Assembly: GCA_038231995.1 (NCBI GenBank)
Contig: JBBSIT010000001.1
Location: 1-27,411, forward strand
Reading direction: 5' to 3'
From: Acetobacterales bacterium
Lineage (GTDB): Bacteria; Pseudomonadota; Alphaproteobacteria; Acetobacterales; Acetobacteraceae
Length of the DNA: 27,411 nucleotides
Below are positions 27,115 to 27,411 of the stretch, one piece after another. The notes beneath the pieces were generated by a model that did not search any database, was not told where the DNA came from, and worked only from the letters and a program-made list of their open reading frames with translations. The first letter of the stretch is position 1, and the number at the start of each line of letters is the position of its first letter. The position numbers and the translations under genes are program-made.

Positions 27115-27219
27115 GTGGCTAAACACAGCATGGCTTCATCCATGACGCAGGCGAGTGCTGCGGCCGAATCACATGAGCCCCGCGCGGCCAGGGCACTCAA
27201 TGAACGGGACGTCGCATGA
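27115..27219 (+). CDS. Putative 34-aa small ORF coupled to the next gene
   Basis: GAGGGGG then GTG 27115; MAKHSMASSMTQASAAAESHEPRAARALNERDVA; TGA overlaps the next ATG (ATGA at 27216-27219). Confidence 0.35.
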   Translation: MAKHSMASSMTQASAAAESHEPRAARALNERDVA

Positions 27220-27411
27220 CGGTACCTTCTCGATCCGACCATCTCATCGAGCGCGCCGCAGCACGCCTGTTGGCGGGCACCCTCGCACCGCCGGAGCAGC
27301 CCGGCGCCGTCCCGGATTACGTGGCGGGACCGGTGCCGCTTCCCGGCGCAGGTCCCGCTGCCAGCCCAGCCGCCGCCAGCACGCGGAATGACGGCGGCGA
27401 TGCAAGGGACG
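27216..27411 (+). CDS. 5' end of a probable EPS/XrtA-associated tyrosine autokinase (truncated by window edge)
   Basis: Not in the ORF track. Reads MTVPSRSDHLIERAAARLLAG then a Pro/Ala linker, open to the edge. LIERAAARL resembles the N-terminus of TIGR03018-type kinases, and the context fits. The P-loop is outside the window. Confidence 0.55.
   Translation, partial: MTVPSRSDHLIERAAARLLAGTLAPPEQPGAVPDYVAGPVPLPGAGPAASPAAASTRNDGGDARD

Overview
Very GC-rich alphaproteobacterial chromosome segment (Acetobacteraceae-like by inference from protein style and gene order). Left to right: the 5' end of a probable IS630-like transposase gene running off the left edge; a leftward ogt-qor-MFS-modB-modC cluster with several start/stop overlaps; rsmG-parA-parB with a perfect 16-bp parS palindrome inside rsmG; the conserved holA-lptE-leuS-DUF3576-porin / yggS block; kup; a small conserved hypothetical gene; and the regulatory/EPS end of an XrtA/PEP-CTERM locus (GT4 glycosyltransferase, prsT, prsR, prsK, sugar transferase, divergent probable tyrosine autokinase cut by the right edge). 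No tRNA, rRNA or CRISPR array was seen. Most genes belong to known families and I cannot demonstrate a wholly new system. The best leads are: (1) a ~65-bp structured repeat present twice, 17 kb apart, with conserved ends and a hairpin whose sequence changes are compensatory; (2) a BamC-like motif in the DUF3576 lipoprotein; (3) PEP-CTERM oddities (PrsT without a lipobox, an enhancer-like palindrome, a coupled 34-aa ORF); (4) a modB gene with no canonical start for its conserved N-terminus. All family assignments are from motif recognition by eye; no searches were run.
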